Assembly: GCA_023395595.1 (NCBI GenBank)
Contig: JAEWYO010000044.1
Coordinates: 5,193 to 69,192, forward strand
Origin: Bacillota bacterium
GTDB taxonomy: Bacteria; Bacillota; Clostridia; Christensenellales; CAG-138
Direction of reading: 5' to 3'
DNA length: 64,000 bases
How positions within the stretch are numbered: position 1 is the stretch's first letter; the number at the start of each line of letters is the position of its first letter. This document shows, in pieces, positions 1-9,118 of this stretch. Below the pieces are notes generated by a model. The model worked only from the letters and a program-made list of their open reading frames with translations. It was not told where the DNA came from and searched no databases. The translations under genes were made by a program, and so were the position numbers.

Positions 1-40
1 TAATACTATGATACTGAAAGAGCACTGGAGACATCACACG

Positions 41-1402
41 ATGGCACATATCGACGACGCAAAGCGAATCCACCTCATCGGCATCGGCGGATGCAGCATG
101 AACGGGCTGGCGCTGATCCTCAAATCCCAAGGGCACGAGGTGACCGGTTCCGACCGGGAGCGCACGCAATTTACCGACGCGCTGGATCACGAGGGCATTT
201 GCTACAGCATCGGCCACACGGGCGAATACGTTGACGGAGCGGATCTCGTGGTCTATTCCGCCGCGATCAAGCCGGACAACCCGGAGCGTGTACTCGCGCG
301 TGAGAAGGGCATTCCGGAGCTGGAGCGCAGTGTTGCGCTGGGGCAGATCAGCGAGCGGTATGACCAGGTGGTCGCCATCGCGGGCTGCCACGGCAAGACG
401 ACCATCACCTCCATGCTCGCCATCATCCACGCGCAGGCGAAGACCGAGGCGACGATCCACGTTGGCGGCTATGTCGAGTTTCTCGAAGGCGGCGTACACG
501 TTGGCAATCGCGACCTGTTCGTCACCGAGGCCTGCGAATATGTGGAGAGTTTTCTAACGCTAAAACCCACCGTCGCGCTGATCAACAACATCGACGACGA
601 TCATCTCGATTATTATGAAAACATCGACGCGATCGTTGCGGCGTTTGAACGCTTCCTCGCGCTGCTGCCGGAGGACGGCACGTTTATTGCCTGCACGGAC
701 GACGCGCGGGTGAAAGCCCTCGCGGACAAGAGCGATCTTGAGGTAGTCACCTACGGACTCACCGGCGGGGACTATACCGCGCAGAATATCGTGTTTGACG
801 CGCTGGGTAACGCGGGCTTTTCGGTCGTGCGCCGCGGGAAAACGCTCGGCACGGTGCAACTCAGCGTGCCCGGTATGCACAACGTGGTCAACGCGCTGGG
901 CGCCATCGCGATCTCGGATCATTTCGGCGTACCATTTGCGATTCTGACGCAGGCGCTGCACGATTTTGTGAACACGCGCCGGCGATTTGAATTCTATGGC
1001 GAGCGCAACGGCGTGAAGGTGTTTCACGATTACGGTCATCACCCGAACGAAATCCGCGCGACGCTGGATGCGGCAAAGCGCGTTCCGCACAAAAAGCTCT
1101 ACTGCGTATTTCAATGCAACAGTTATACGCGCGCGCGCACGCTCTTTTGCAACAATGTGACGTGCTTTACGGATGCGGATGTCGTGCTCGTGCCGGATAT
1201 TTATCCCGGACGCGAAAAGGACACCGGCATCGTCCACGCGCGGGATATGGTTGCCGCAATCAATGAGCAGAGCAAAAACGCGACGTATATTCCGACGTTT
1301 GAAGAGATTCGCACCTATCTCGACGAGCACGCCGAGGCGGGCGACCTCGTGGTCACCGTCGGTTCCGGCGATGTCTATCGCCAGACGAAAAAGCTGCTCT
1401 AG
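41..1402 (+). CDS. murC: UDP-N-acetylmuramate--L-alanine ligase
   Basis: ORF 8..1402. It has the N-terminal HLIGIGGCSMNGLA motif, the Mur-ligase P-loop GCHGKTT and a C-terminal Mur ligase domain. The ATG at 41 follows GGAGA by about 9 nt, so I prefer it over the ATG at 8. Confidence 0.9.
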   Translation: MAHIDDAKRIHLIGIGGCSMNGLALILKSQGHEVTGSDRERTQFTDALDHEGICYSIGHTGEYVDGADLVVYSAAIKPDNPERVLAREKGIPELERSVALGQISERYDQVVAIAGCHGKTTITSMLAIIHAQAKTEATIHVGGYVEFLEGGVHVGNRDLFVTEACEYVESFLTLKPTVALINNIDDDHLDYYENIDAIVAAFERFLALLPEDGTFIACTDDARVKALADKSDLEVVTYGLTGGDYTAQNIVFDALGNAGFSVVRRGKTLGTVQLSVPGMHNVVNALGAIAISDHFGVPFAILTQALHDFVNTRRRFEFYGERNGVKVFHDYGHHPNEIRATLDAAKRVPHKKLYCVFQCNSYTRARTLFCNNVTCFTDADVVLVPDIYPGREKDTGIVHARDMVAAINEQSKNATYIPTFEEIRTYLDEHAEAGDLVVTVGSGDVYRQTKKLL

Positions 1403-1440
1403 TTGAACGACCCGGAGCGATCGAGTGCAGGAGGTTTGAC

Positions 1441-2283
1441 ATGCCGTCTATCTTTGAAGTGTTGAAAGATTATCTGCCGGACAAAGCGGTGCTGGATCAG
1501 CGTCCGCCGTTTGACGACGACCTTTCACAGCCGCTGTTTCACAAGGGAAACGAGATCGGCTGCATCACGCTCCACGGTATCGGCGGTACGCCCGCGAACA
1601 TCCGTGTGGTGGCAGACGCACTGATCGCAAAAGGCTACACCGTGATTTCCCCGATGATTCCCGGGCACGGCGAGACCGTCCGCGCGCAAAACGCGTCCAC
1701 GGGCGCGCAGTGGCTCGACGGTATTCGCGCGGCGTATCGAAAGCTCAAGGATGAGGGCTGCACGCAAGTCTATGCGCTTGGGCTCTCACTCGGGGGCATC
1801 CTCTGCGGCTTGCTGGCGGAGGAGGAGCATCTCGATGGCCTCGCGCTGATCTGCACGCCGATTCGGATGAAGCGGTATCTGCGCATCGCTCGCGCGATCA
1901 GTCCGATCATTCCCGTGGTGGGTTATCCGGAGAGCCGCGGCGGCAAACCCGCTTGGGGTGACAACCCGTATGCGCAGATGTACGGCGGGTTTTCAACGAG
2001 AAAACTTGTTGACCTCGGCCAACTCGCGCGCAGACTCACGAAAAATCTGGACAAGATCGACTGCCCGACACTGCTCATCTCCGCTGGTCAGGACGACAAG
2101 GTGGACCCCAAGAGCATCGAAATCTTCTGCACGGGAGCCGTCAACGCGCCGAGCGTGGACTTATCGGAGTTTGACCATTCGCCGCATGGCTGCACCTATG
2201 GGCCTGAGCGAGAGCAGATCGCCGCACGCTGCGTCGAATTCGTCGCGGGTTTGGTTGACAATCCCGCCCGCGCTTCGGTATAA
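1441..2283 (+). CDS. carboxylesterase, Est30/YvaK-like alpha/beta hydrolase
   Basis: It has the HGIGGTP oxyanion region, the nucleophile elbow GLSLGG, and a C-terminal D...H (SAGQDD, SPHG). AGGAGG lies upstream of the ATG. No signal peptide. Confidence 0.8.
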   Translation: MPSIFEVLKDYLPDKAVLDQRPPFDDDLSQPLFHKGNEIGCITLHGIGGTPANIRVVADALIAKGYTVISPMIPGHGETVRAQNASTGAQWLDGIRAAYRKLKDEGCTQVYALGLSLGGILCGLLAEEEHLDGLALICTPIRMKRYLRIARAISPIIPVVGYPESRGGKPAWGDNPYAQMYGGFSTRKLVDLGQLARRLTKNLDKIDCPTLLISAGQDDKVDPKSIEIFCTGAVNAPSVDLSEFDHSPHGCTYGPEREQIAARCVEFVAGLVDNPARASV

Positions 2284-2355
2284 TTCCTCTTGCCGTACGT
2301 TTAGCGGAAGTCCATTTAGGACGCGCAATGCCGCGTGCAAAACAACCAAATATCT

Positions 2356-2432
2356 GTCTCCGTAGCTCAGCAGGATAGAGCGTTCGCCTCCTAAGCGAAA
2401 GGCCGCGCGTTCGAATCGCGCCGGGGACGCCA
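2356..2432 (+). tRNA. tRNA-Arg (anticodon CCT)
   Basis: The cloverleaf folds by hand. Acceptor GTCTCCG/CGGGGAC, D-arm GCTC..GAGC, anticodon stem TTCGC/GCGAA with loop CTCCTAA (CCT), T-arm GCGCG TTCGAAT CGCGC, and an encoded CCA. Confidence 0.9.
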
Positions 2433-2435
2433 AAG

Positions 2436-2478
2436 AAGACATACAATTCCGTTTGGGAGGGGTATGTCTTTATTTTTA
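2436..2478 (+). terminator. rho-independent terminator after the tRNA
   Basis: The 9-bp stem aagacatac (2436-2444) pairs with gtatgtctt (2462-2470) and is followed by TATTTTTA. Confidence 0.6.
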
Positions 2479-2563
2479 CATCTGTGTTACGATTAAAAAC
2501 AATAATTAACGATATTCCAACGGATTATTTTGAAATGGAACTTACTGTATAGGAGGAAAATTT

Positions 2564-2803
2564 ATGAAAAAGTTGATCATTGGGATGTTTCTTTCTACAT
2601 TGGGAACAGTGGGGATCTTAGTGACGAGCAGCAATGCGGCTGAACATCTGATGGATTCTTGGAACCCAGATCTTGGTCGCTATTTATCTACCTTGATAGA
2701 CTTAGGGTTAGTACTATGGTTGGTTGTCTATGCCGTGATCTTTGCCATCGGTTTGATCATTGTTTTCTTGGAGTATCGTAGGAAGCAAGAAAGCAATCAC
2801 TAA
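2564..2803 (+). CDS. small two-TM membrane protein, unknown function
   Basis: 79 aa with a strong AGGAGG RBS 8 nt upstream. It has two hydrophobic segments (res 5-22 and 45-70) and a charged tail RRKQESNH. It lies in AT-rich DNA between the tRNA and the tRNA-fragment repeat. Confidence 0.6.
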   Translation: MKKLIIGMFLSTLGTVGILVTSSNAAEHLMDSWNPDLGRYLSTLIDLGLVLWLVVYAVIFAIGLIIVFLEYRRKQESNH

Positions 2804-2824
2804 CAAAATAACGAGTTAGTAATA

Positions 2825-2858
2825 CGCGCGATCGAATCGCGCCGGGGACACCAAAGAA
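2825..2858 (+). repeat. direct repeat of the tRNA-Arg 3' end (att-like tRNA fragment)
   Basis: cgcgcgAtcgaatcgcgccggggacAccaaagaa matches tRNA positions about 2405-2438 (T-arm, 3' acceptor and 3' flank) with 2 mismatches. It is followed by its own hairpin (accacccgttt...aaacgagtggt). Confidence 0.75.
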
Positions 2859-2984
2859 AAGACCACCCGTTTTTAATGTAACACCACAAACGAGTGGTTT
2901 CTAATTTGGCTCGCGTTTAAGAGGATTCGAATAAACAGCGCTATAGCACCTTCGTTCAAAAAGCAACAGCGCTTCTCTCATTCG

Positions 2985-4118
2985 TTACTCGCCGTACTCG
3001 CCATATTCGCAGCCGACATTCTTCGCCTCGATTTCGTCCACCAAGACTCTCTTTCCGCGCTTCTTCTGATAAAGCCGGATCAGGCCCGTCCCGTTTCCGC
3101 CATTCCAGAGGCGGTTATGCCGTTTCTGCCCGTTCGGCGATTCATAATTGATCCACAGCATCTCTTTTTTGTTGCAGCGGATATCAACCTCCAGCACCGC
3201 AGTTATCGTTTCCTGCTTCACATGCCAGAGAATTTCCGTCTCCGTCTCCTGTCCGGTGAATTCCGTGCGGCAAAACGTCCAGAACCGCGAAAAGTTGAAT
3301 TCGTAGTTCTTGCCTTCATAGTAAAAGTCGGACAGGAGCTTGCGGTTGAACGCCACGCCGAATACCTTCGGGCAGCCGCCACCGATATCAAACACGCTGT
3401 TGTTCAGGCACTTGCCGCTGATCCTGCTGACCAAATTGTTGCTGGAAAGCCAAACCCACGGGCTTGTGTAGTCCCCGCCCCAGTTCTTGTCAGCATACCC
3501 ATAACACGTCTCAGGCTTGACGACATATTTCCTGCCGTTCAGACTGATCGTTCCGCTATACTCGGTTTTCATTCCCTCCGCGTGCCAGAACATTTCAAAT
3601 GCATTCACCCGCTGAAAGAACTTTGACGCACCATACCCGACATGAAACGCAACTTTCTTGCGGATGTCGATGTCCCATTCGACGACTCCACCGTTGCACA
3701 TGTACTCCGGATGCGCCTTTGCTTCCTCCTCGGAAAGCGAAATAGAGCCCTTGGTATGCGTTTCGGAGCATGAGCAATCTTTGACTGTAATGTCAAAGTC
3801 TTTGTCATATTCGATAGCGGCATCCTTCCATGCAAAGAAACGGTGCAGTTGTCCGGCGGAATCACCCCACCATCCGACCTTTACCATGACATAGGACGGC
3901 TTTTTCCCGTCGATTTTTCTCTCCGGTAATTGTCCGAATATCGGCTCCGCCTCGCCGAGCGCCGGGTTGCAGGTATAGAATTCTATGAAAAACGGCTGCT
4001 GCTCCCCCGTTTCCGCATCCTCGGCTGTAAAGTTATGCCACCACCAGTCAAAACCGCGCTTTGCCAGCGGCCCACGCAGCATAAACTGATCCCTTTGTTT
4101 ATCGCTGATGTTTCCCAT
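2985..4118 (-). CDS. hypothetical cytoplasmic protein, possibly tocopherol-cyclase-like or AttH/CrtC-like beta-barrel
   Basis: A 377-aa ORF with no competing ORF. Trp-rich motifs (FDWWWHNF, YADKNWGGDYTSPWVWL) recall the DKNWG...W.W signature of the tocopherol cyclase family, from memory. The family call is weak. Confidence 0.55.
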   Translation of the reverse strand: MGNISDKQRDQFMLRGPLAKRGFDWWWHNFTAEDAETGEQQPFFIEFYTCNPALGEAEPIFGQLPERKIDGKKPSYVMVKVGWWGDSAGQLHRFFAWKDAAIEYDKDFDITVKDCSCSETHTKGSISLSEEEAKAHPEYMCNGGVVEWDIDIRKKVAFHVGYGASKFFQRVNAFEMFWHAEGMKTEYSGTISLNGRKYVVKPETCYGYADKNWGGDYTSPWVWLSSNNLVSRISGKCLNNSVFDIGGGCPKVFGVAFNRKLLSDFYYEGKNYEFNFSRFWTFCRTEFTGQETETEILWHVKQETITAVLEVDIRCNKKEMLWINYESPNGQKRHNRLWNGGNGTGLIRLYQKKRGKRVLVDEIEAKNVGCEYGEYGE

Positions 4119-4241
4119 ACGATCCTCTCCTCTATCTTTGCAATATGTTTTGTTCCATTATTTCCTGAACCGGTTGTCGCAACACGCGAGCCTTGCTTCT
4201 GCGTATCCGATCCAAACCGTCTTTATCCGCACCAAATATCA

Positions 4242-4823
4242 TCATTTCGTGAAGAACATCTCCGAACTCTCCGTTATGATTTTGCTGACTACCAAGGACA
4301 ATTCATTGAGCGTGTAGTCCACCTCCCCCCGAAACCACGCTTGGTAAAGATTCACAACCCCGCCCGCAAAAAAATGCACACGAATCATGAATTCCGGCGA
4401 ATGCTTGATCGACTGTTGAATGTCGGCGTCCGTTTTCATATACGTCACAAAAATCCGCTTGAGCTTCACCAAAAACTGTTCAGACCCCTTGGAGTTGATC
4501 AGAATTCGGAAGAATTCCACGTCTTCCTCCAGATACCTTGCCAACATCAAGAGCAACGGAAGCGGATTTTGGAAAAAGCTTTTATAATGAAACTCACCTA
4601 AAAACTCCAGCATCTTTTCGATAATTTCATTTTCGATTTCCTCAATCACTGCCCGCGTATCCTGATAATGCGCATAAAAAGTACCCCGGTTCAGATCGGA
4701 TCGGGTTATGATGTCCGTTACCGTAATCTTCTCCAAATCCTTCTCTTGCATCAGTTCAACAAACGCCTGCCGAATCATCCGCCGGGATCGAATTGCGCTC
4801 TTGTATTCCGCCTTTTCCTTCAC
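4242..4823 (-). CDS. TetR/AcrR family transcriptional regulator
   Basis: N-terminal HTH: IRQAFVELMQEKDLEKITVTDIITRSDLNRGTFYAHY. It is divergent from ohyA and upstream of the 2985-4118 gene. Confidence 0.85.
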   Translation of the reverse strand: MKEKAEYKSAIRSRRMIRQAFVELMQEKDLEKITVTDIITRSDLNRGTFYAHYQDTRAVIEEIENEIIEKMLEFLGEFHYKSFFQNPLPLLLMLARYLEEDVEFFRILINSKGSEQFLVKLKRIFVTYMKTDADIQQSIKHSPEFMIRVHFFAGGVVNLYQAWFRGEVDYTLNELSLVVSKIITESSEMFFTK

Positions 4824-5004
4824 ATGTGACTCCTTGATGATCCAAAATTAAACAAATTTGGCTCATCTGTGCAAAATTGTATAGTTCTCGGAATTCTGAT
4901 GATTGAACCCGAAGCACGCTATTATTATACTCGACACAGTAACAATATTCAACAGTTGTTTGATTTTGTTGATTTGTTGATTGATGAAGAGAAAGGTGTT
5001 TCAG

Positions 5005-6762
5005 ATGAAAAATTATGATCGCGTCAACGCCAGAAAACCGCAAGGAATTCAAAACCGTCATGCATACATCGTAGGTGGCGGAATCGCGGGGCTATCTGCC
5101 GCGGCGTTCCTCACCGTGGACGGCAGCATGCCGGGCAAAAACATCACGGTGTTTGATCAACTCCCTGTCGTCGGGGGCTCCATGGACAGTTCCGGCAACG
5201 CCGTGGATGGATATGTGAGCCGCGGTGAGCGAGAGCTGGAGCCCTATATGGAGTGTCTATGGTATTTGTTTGCCATGGTCCCTTCTCTTGAGGAGGAAGG
5301 GCGCAGCGTCCTCGATGAAACCCGCGAGAGCAACAAAAACCTCCCGATTCACGCCAATCGGCGCCTGTTTGAAAATCGGTTTCAGGCAAGAGACCTCTCC
5401 TCGCTCGGTTTGACCAAAGCGGATATGGACAACATGGTACGGATGATGACCACGCCGGAAGAAGAAATTGAGAACGTAACGATCGAGCAATGGTTCTCTG
5501 CGGATTATTTCCGCAGCAACATCTGGTATTACTGGAGCAGCATGCTTGCGTTCCAACCCTACCACAGCCTGATCGAGATGAAGCGCTATACCGTTCGGTT
5601 TATGCAGCATCTCGACGGCATCGAGAATCTCAAAGGGATTCTGCGCACCAAATATGACCAGTATGCCAGTTTGATTCAGCCGCTCCATGCATGGCTGGAA
5701 AGCAAAGGCGTTGTGTTTGTGACCGGCGCTCTGGTGGAAGAAATCCATGTGGAGGTCGAAGGCACACGCAAGACGGTGACCTATCTAGATATCGTCCGGG
5801 ACGGCAAAGCGGAGCGTGTTTCCATCGCTGCGGACGACCTCGTGTATTTCACCAACGGCAGCATGACGCAGAACAGCGCGCACGGCGACAACAAGACTGT
5901 CGCGCCGATGAACCGTGATCGGGAGCACAGAGGGTGCTTCTCCGTTTGGGAAAAGCTCGCAAAGGTCAGCCCGGTGTTCGGCAGACCGGAGAAATTTATC
6001 TCGACGCCGGACAAGTCGCACTTCATCAGCTATACGATCACGATCACCGATTATCCGCAGTTTTTCCGGCATATCGAAGAGCGAACGGCAAACGTTACCG
6101 GAACAGCAGGCGCGATCACTTTGGTCGATTCGGCGTGGTTTCAGTCCATCAACACGCCGCCGCAACCCGCCTTCAAAGGTCAGCCGGAAAACGTGCAGGT
6201 CCTCTGGGGTTATGGGCTGCACGGAAACGAAATTGGAGACTATTTGAAGAAGCCGATGACGCAGTGCACCGGCGAGGAGATTTTGCAGGAGTTACTGTAT
6301 CATCTGGATTATCTCGAAGCGTATGAGGATCTCCTGCCGCACGTTAAAATCATCACAACGATGATGCCGTATATCACGAGCCAGTTCATGCCGCGCGGCC
6401 TGACCGATCGCCCGCAGATCATTCCCGAGGGCTGCACAAATCTAGCGCTCATCGGACAATTCGTTGAGCTGGAAGGCGACGTGGTGTTCACCGTTGAAAC
6501 CTCGGTTCGCACCGCGATGATTGCCGTATACCGCACGCTCCATCTGGACAAGCCGATTACGCCGCTGTTTGAAGCGCAGTATGACGTTCGGATCATCGTA
6601 GCAAACCTGAAGAAGATGTTGAGTGTTGAGGTGATTCGCAAGGAGGACTTGCCGCCGATCAATCCGCTGCATTTGCCTAAGCTGATCAGCGACATGCTAA
6701 AAGCGGTCAACTCGGTTCCCAAGATGAAGAGCTACTATCCTGAATCCGATGAGAACCGATAG
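5005..6762 (+). CDS. ohyA: oleate hydratase (MCRA family, FAD-dependent)
   Basis: FAD fold AYIVGGGIAGLSAAAFL...VFDQLPVVGGSMD, about 585 aa, with MCRA-type conservation throughout. The ATG at 5005 has AGAAAGG about 9 nt upstream; the ORF track starts at 4981. Confidence 0.88.
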   Translation: MKNYDRVNARKPQGIQNRHAYIVGGGIAGLSAAAFLTVDGSMPGKNITVFDQLPVVGGSMDSSGNAVDGYVSRGERELEPYMECLWYLFAMVPSLEEEGRSVLDETRESNKNLPIHANRRLFENRFQARDLSSLGLTKADMDNMVRMMTTPEEEIENVTIEQWFSADYFRSNIWYYWSSMLAFQPYHSLIEMKRYTVRFMQHLDGIENLKGILRTKYDQYASLIQPLHAWLESKGVVFVTGALVEEIHVEVEGTRKTVTYLDIVRDGKAERVSIAADDLVYFTNGSMTQNSAHGDNKTVAPMNRDREHRGCFSVWEKLAKVSPVFGRPEKFISTPDKSHFISYTITITDYPQFFRHIEERTANVTGTAGAITLVDSAWFQSINTPPQPAFKGQPENVQVLWGYGLHGNEIGDYLKKPMTQCTGEEILQELLYHLDYLEAYEDLLPHVKIITTMMPYITSQFMPRGLTDRPQIIPEGCTNLALIGQFVELEGDVVFTVETSVRTAMIAVYRTLHLDKPITPLFEAQYDVRIIVANLKKMLSVEVIRKEDLPPINPLHLPKLISDMLKAVNSVPKMKSYYPESDENR

Positions 6763-6910
6763 CTTTAACTCGGCCGAGCCGCGACGGTTCGGCTCCTGTT
6801 ATTCGGATTGATTTGCATAGTGAATTCTGCTGCATTGTGTACCCATGTTATCGATGCAGCAGGATTCCTTTGCTGTTTCCGTTCGAATTGACCTTCTTTT
6901 GAGCAGAATA

Positions 6911-6919
6911 TGGTATACT
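6911..6919 (+). promoter_or_regulatory. candidate extended -10 promoter (TGgTATACT) for the helicase gene
   Basis: TGGTATACT lies about 70 nt upstream of the ATG at 6989. No good -35 at canonical spacing. Confidence 0.35.
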
Positions 6920-6988
6920 GTTTCGGTTGATGTAACGTATGCAGACATGCGACAATACAAGAATAAGCAACATAAGAAATGAGTAACT

Positions 6989-8221
6989 ATGACGTTTCAA
7001 GAAATGGAACTCGTCCAGCCGCTCTTACAGGCGGTCACAGAGGCGGGTTTTACAGAGCCCTCCCCCATTCAGGCGGAGGCGATTCCCGTTCTGCTGCGCG
7101 GGCGCGACATCATCGGATGCGCGCAAACAGGCAGCGGAAAGACAGCGGCTTTTGCCCTGCCGATTTTACAGCGTTTGAGCAAAGAGAAGAGCAGCCAGAT
7201 CCGAGCGCTGATTTTGACACCGACACGTGAGCTTGCGATCCAAATTTACGACACCTTCCGCTATTTTGGCAGACGGCTGCGCCTGCACTCCGGCGTGGTT
7301 TTCGGCGGCGTTTCGCAAAACCCGCAGGTCGATGCCCTCAGCAGAGGAATCGATGTGTTGATTGCGACGCCCGGGCGGCTCAACGACCTGATCAATCAAG
7401 GTTATATCCATCTGGATCACATTGAGATTTTTGTTCTGGACGAGGCAGATCGCATGCTCGATATGGGCTTCATCCACGATGTCAAGAAGACGATCAAGCT
7501 CCTGCCCGCGCAGCGGCAGACGATGCTCTTTAGCGCAACCATGCCCTCTGAGATCGAATCTCTCGCGCAAACGCTGCTGAAGAATCCGGCTATGATCAAG
7601 GTCGATCCCGTCACGCGCGCAGTGGAGAGCATCGATCAGCGCGTATACATGGTAGACAAACCAAACAAGACGCTTCTCCTGGCGGAATTGCTCCGCACCG
7701 AAGACATCAAGAATGCGCTCGTGTTCACCAACACCAAGCACGGCGCAGACCGCGTCGTCCAGAAACTCTCGCAGGAGGGGTTCGTTGCTCGTGCCATACA
7801 CGGAGACAAAACGCAGAATGCCCGGCAGGATGCGCTCAAGAGCTTTCGCGACGGGCGCGTGCAGATTCTCGTGGCAACAGACATTGCGGCAAGAGGCATT
7901 GATATCCCCGAACTGTCGCACGTAATCAACTACGACTTGCCCGACGTTGCGGAGACGTACATCCATCGCATCGGGCGTACCGGCAGGGCGGGGTTGGGTG
8001 GCACTGCCATTAGTTTTTGCAACATCGATCATCTGGACAATCTGCGTTCCATCGAGAAGATGACCGGCCTGAAAATCCCCGTGCGGGAGTCCAAATGGCC
8101 GATGCAAATTTTTGAAAAAACGGTCAAGCAGCAAAGACCGCCGCGGCCGGAAAAACGCGCAACGCCGAGCAAGCGTTTCTCCAGCCCGACAAAACCCAAG
8201 CAAAGCAGACCCGAACGCTAA
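6989..8221 (+). CDS. DEAD-box ATP-dependent RNA helicase (RhlE/CshA-like)
   Basis: Q-motif region GFTEPSPIQ, motif I AQTGSGKTAAF, motif II DEAD, motif III SAT, motif VI HRIGRTGRAG, and a basic C-terminal tail. Confidence 0.92.
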   Translation: MTFQEMELVQPLLQAVTEAGFTEPSPIQAEAIPVLLRGRDIIGCAQTGSGKTAAFALPILQRLSKEKSSQIRALILTPTRELAIQIYDTFRYFGRRLRLHSGVVFGGVSQNPQVDALSRGIDVLIATPGRLNDLINQGYIHLDHIEIFVLDEADRMLDMGFIHDVKKTIKLLPAQRQTMLFSATMPSEIESLAQTLLKNPAMIKVDPVTRAVESIDQRVYMVDKPNKTLLLAELLRTEDIKNALVFTNTKHGADRVVQKLSQEGFVARAIHGDKTQNARQDALKSFRDGRVQILVATDIAARGIDIPELSHVINYDLPDVAETYIHRIGRTGRAGLGGTAISFCNIDHLDNLRSIEKMTGLKIPVRESKWPMQIFEKTVKQQRPPRPEKRATPSKRFSSPTKPKQSRPER

Positions 8222-8247
8222 ACGAGATAACGTTTCTTCCAAATAGG

Positions 8248-8294
8248 CTGTACGGACGCGATTCCATCGAATTGCAATCCGGACAGTCTTTTTT
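8248..8294 (+). terminator. rho-independent terminator of the helicase gene
   Basis: ctgtacgga (8248-8256) pairs with tccggacag (8278-8286) with one mismatch. An inner helix gcgatt/aattgc is present, followed by TCTTTTTT. Confidence 0.6.
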
Positions 8295-8365
8295 ACTCTG
8301 TGCGTTCCCGTACAACAAAACGGCCTCTTGCGAAGCCGTCTTGCTCGTATGATTTTGATTGCTTG

Positions 8366-9058
8366 TTAGTGCGAGCTGGTGTTGGTCGGCGCCGGCAGGA
8401 ACGGGATGATCCGCTTGGCAAAGCCCGGCATCGTCATCGTCTGCAACCAAACTCTACCAGGTCCGGTCAAGCGTGTGTTCAGCAGACCTTCGCCGCCGAG
8501 CAGCACATTCTTAAACCCTCTGACCATCGTAACCTCGTATTGTACCCTTGCTTCAAACGCGGCGACATTTCCGGTGTCAACGATCAACGATTCCCCCGGC
8601 GCAAGTGTCTTTTCGCAGAGCGCACCGTCGATTTCAAGGAACGCGACCCCGTTTCCGCTCAACCGTTGCAGGATGAACCCCTCGCCGCCGAACAGCCCCG
8701 CACTGAGGTTCTTCACCACATGCGCGTTGACGGTGACGCCGGGCTCTGCGCAGAGAAACGCGCTCTTCTGTGCGATGATGTCTCCAGACTCAGGATGAAC
8801 CGCCACGATTGAACCGGGAAACGTGGAAGCAACCGTAATCTCCTGATCGGGCGCGGTTGCCGAGTATGTTGCGATAAACAGTGAATCGCCGGACAGCATC
8901 CGCCCAAGCCCTTTCAGCAGGCCGCCCTTCATGTTTGTTTCCATGCGCATACCCGCGCTCATCCACGTCATACCGCCAGACTGCGTAAAGATCGATTCAC
9001 CCGCGTTGAGCGTCATCGTGACGGCAGGCATGTTTTCGCCAAAGATCTTATACTGCAT
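8366..9058 (-). CDS. AIM24 / TIGR00266 (DUF124) family protein
   Basis: MQYKI.G...P.V...L..GE....SGGM.WM and repeated GGEG...RL.G.G motifs are typical of this family. 230 aa. Confidence 0.8.
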   Translation of the reverse strand: MQYKIFGENMPAVTMTLNAGESIFTQSGGMTWMSAGMRMETNMKGGLLKGLGRMLSGDSLFIATYSATAPDQEITVASTFPGSIVAVHPESGDIIAQKSAFLCAEPGVTVNAHVVKNLSAGLFGGEGFILQRLSGNGVAFLEIDGALCEKTLAPGESLIVDTGNVAAFEARVQYEVTMVRGFKNVLLGGEGLLNTRLTGPGRVWLQTMTMPGFAKRIIPFLPAPTNTSSH

Positions 9059-9118
9059 AAAGCGCTCCTTTCGGCAGGCTTATTGCCTACCGTATCCTAT
9101 TATAGAACGATTCCGGCA

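Noticed and set aside
2564-2803. Calling the 79-aa two-TM protein a holin.
   Set aside because: The topology (two TMs and a charged C-terminus) is compatible. But there is no adjacent endolysin or other phage gene, and no sequence motif I can tie to a holin family. I kept it as a hypothetical membrane protein.
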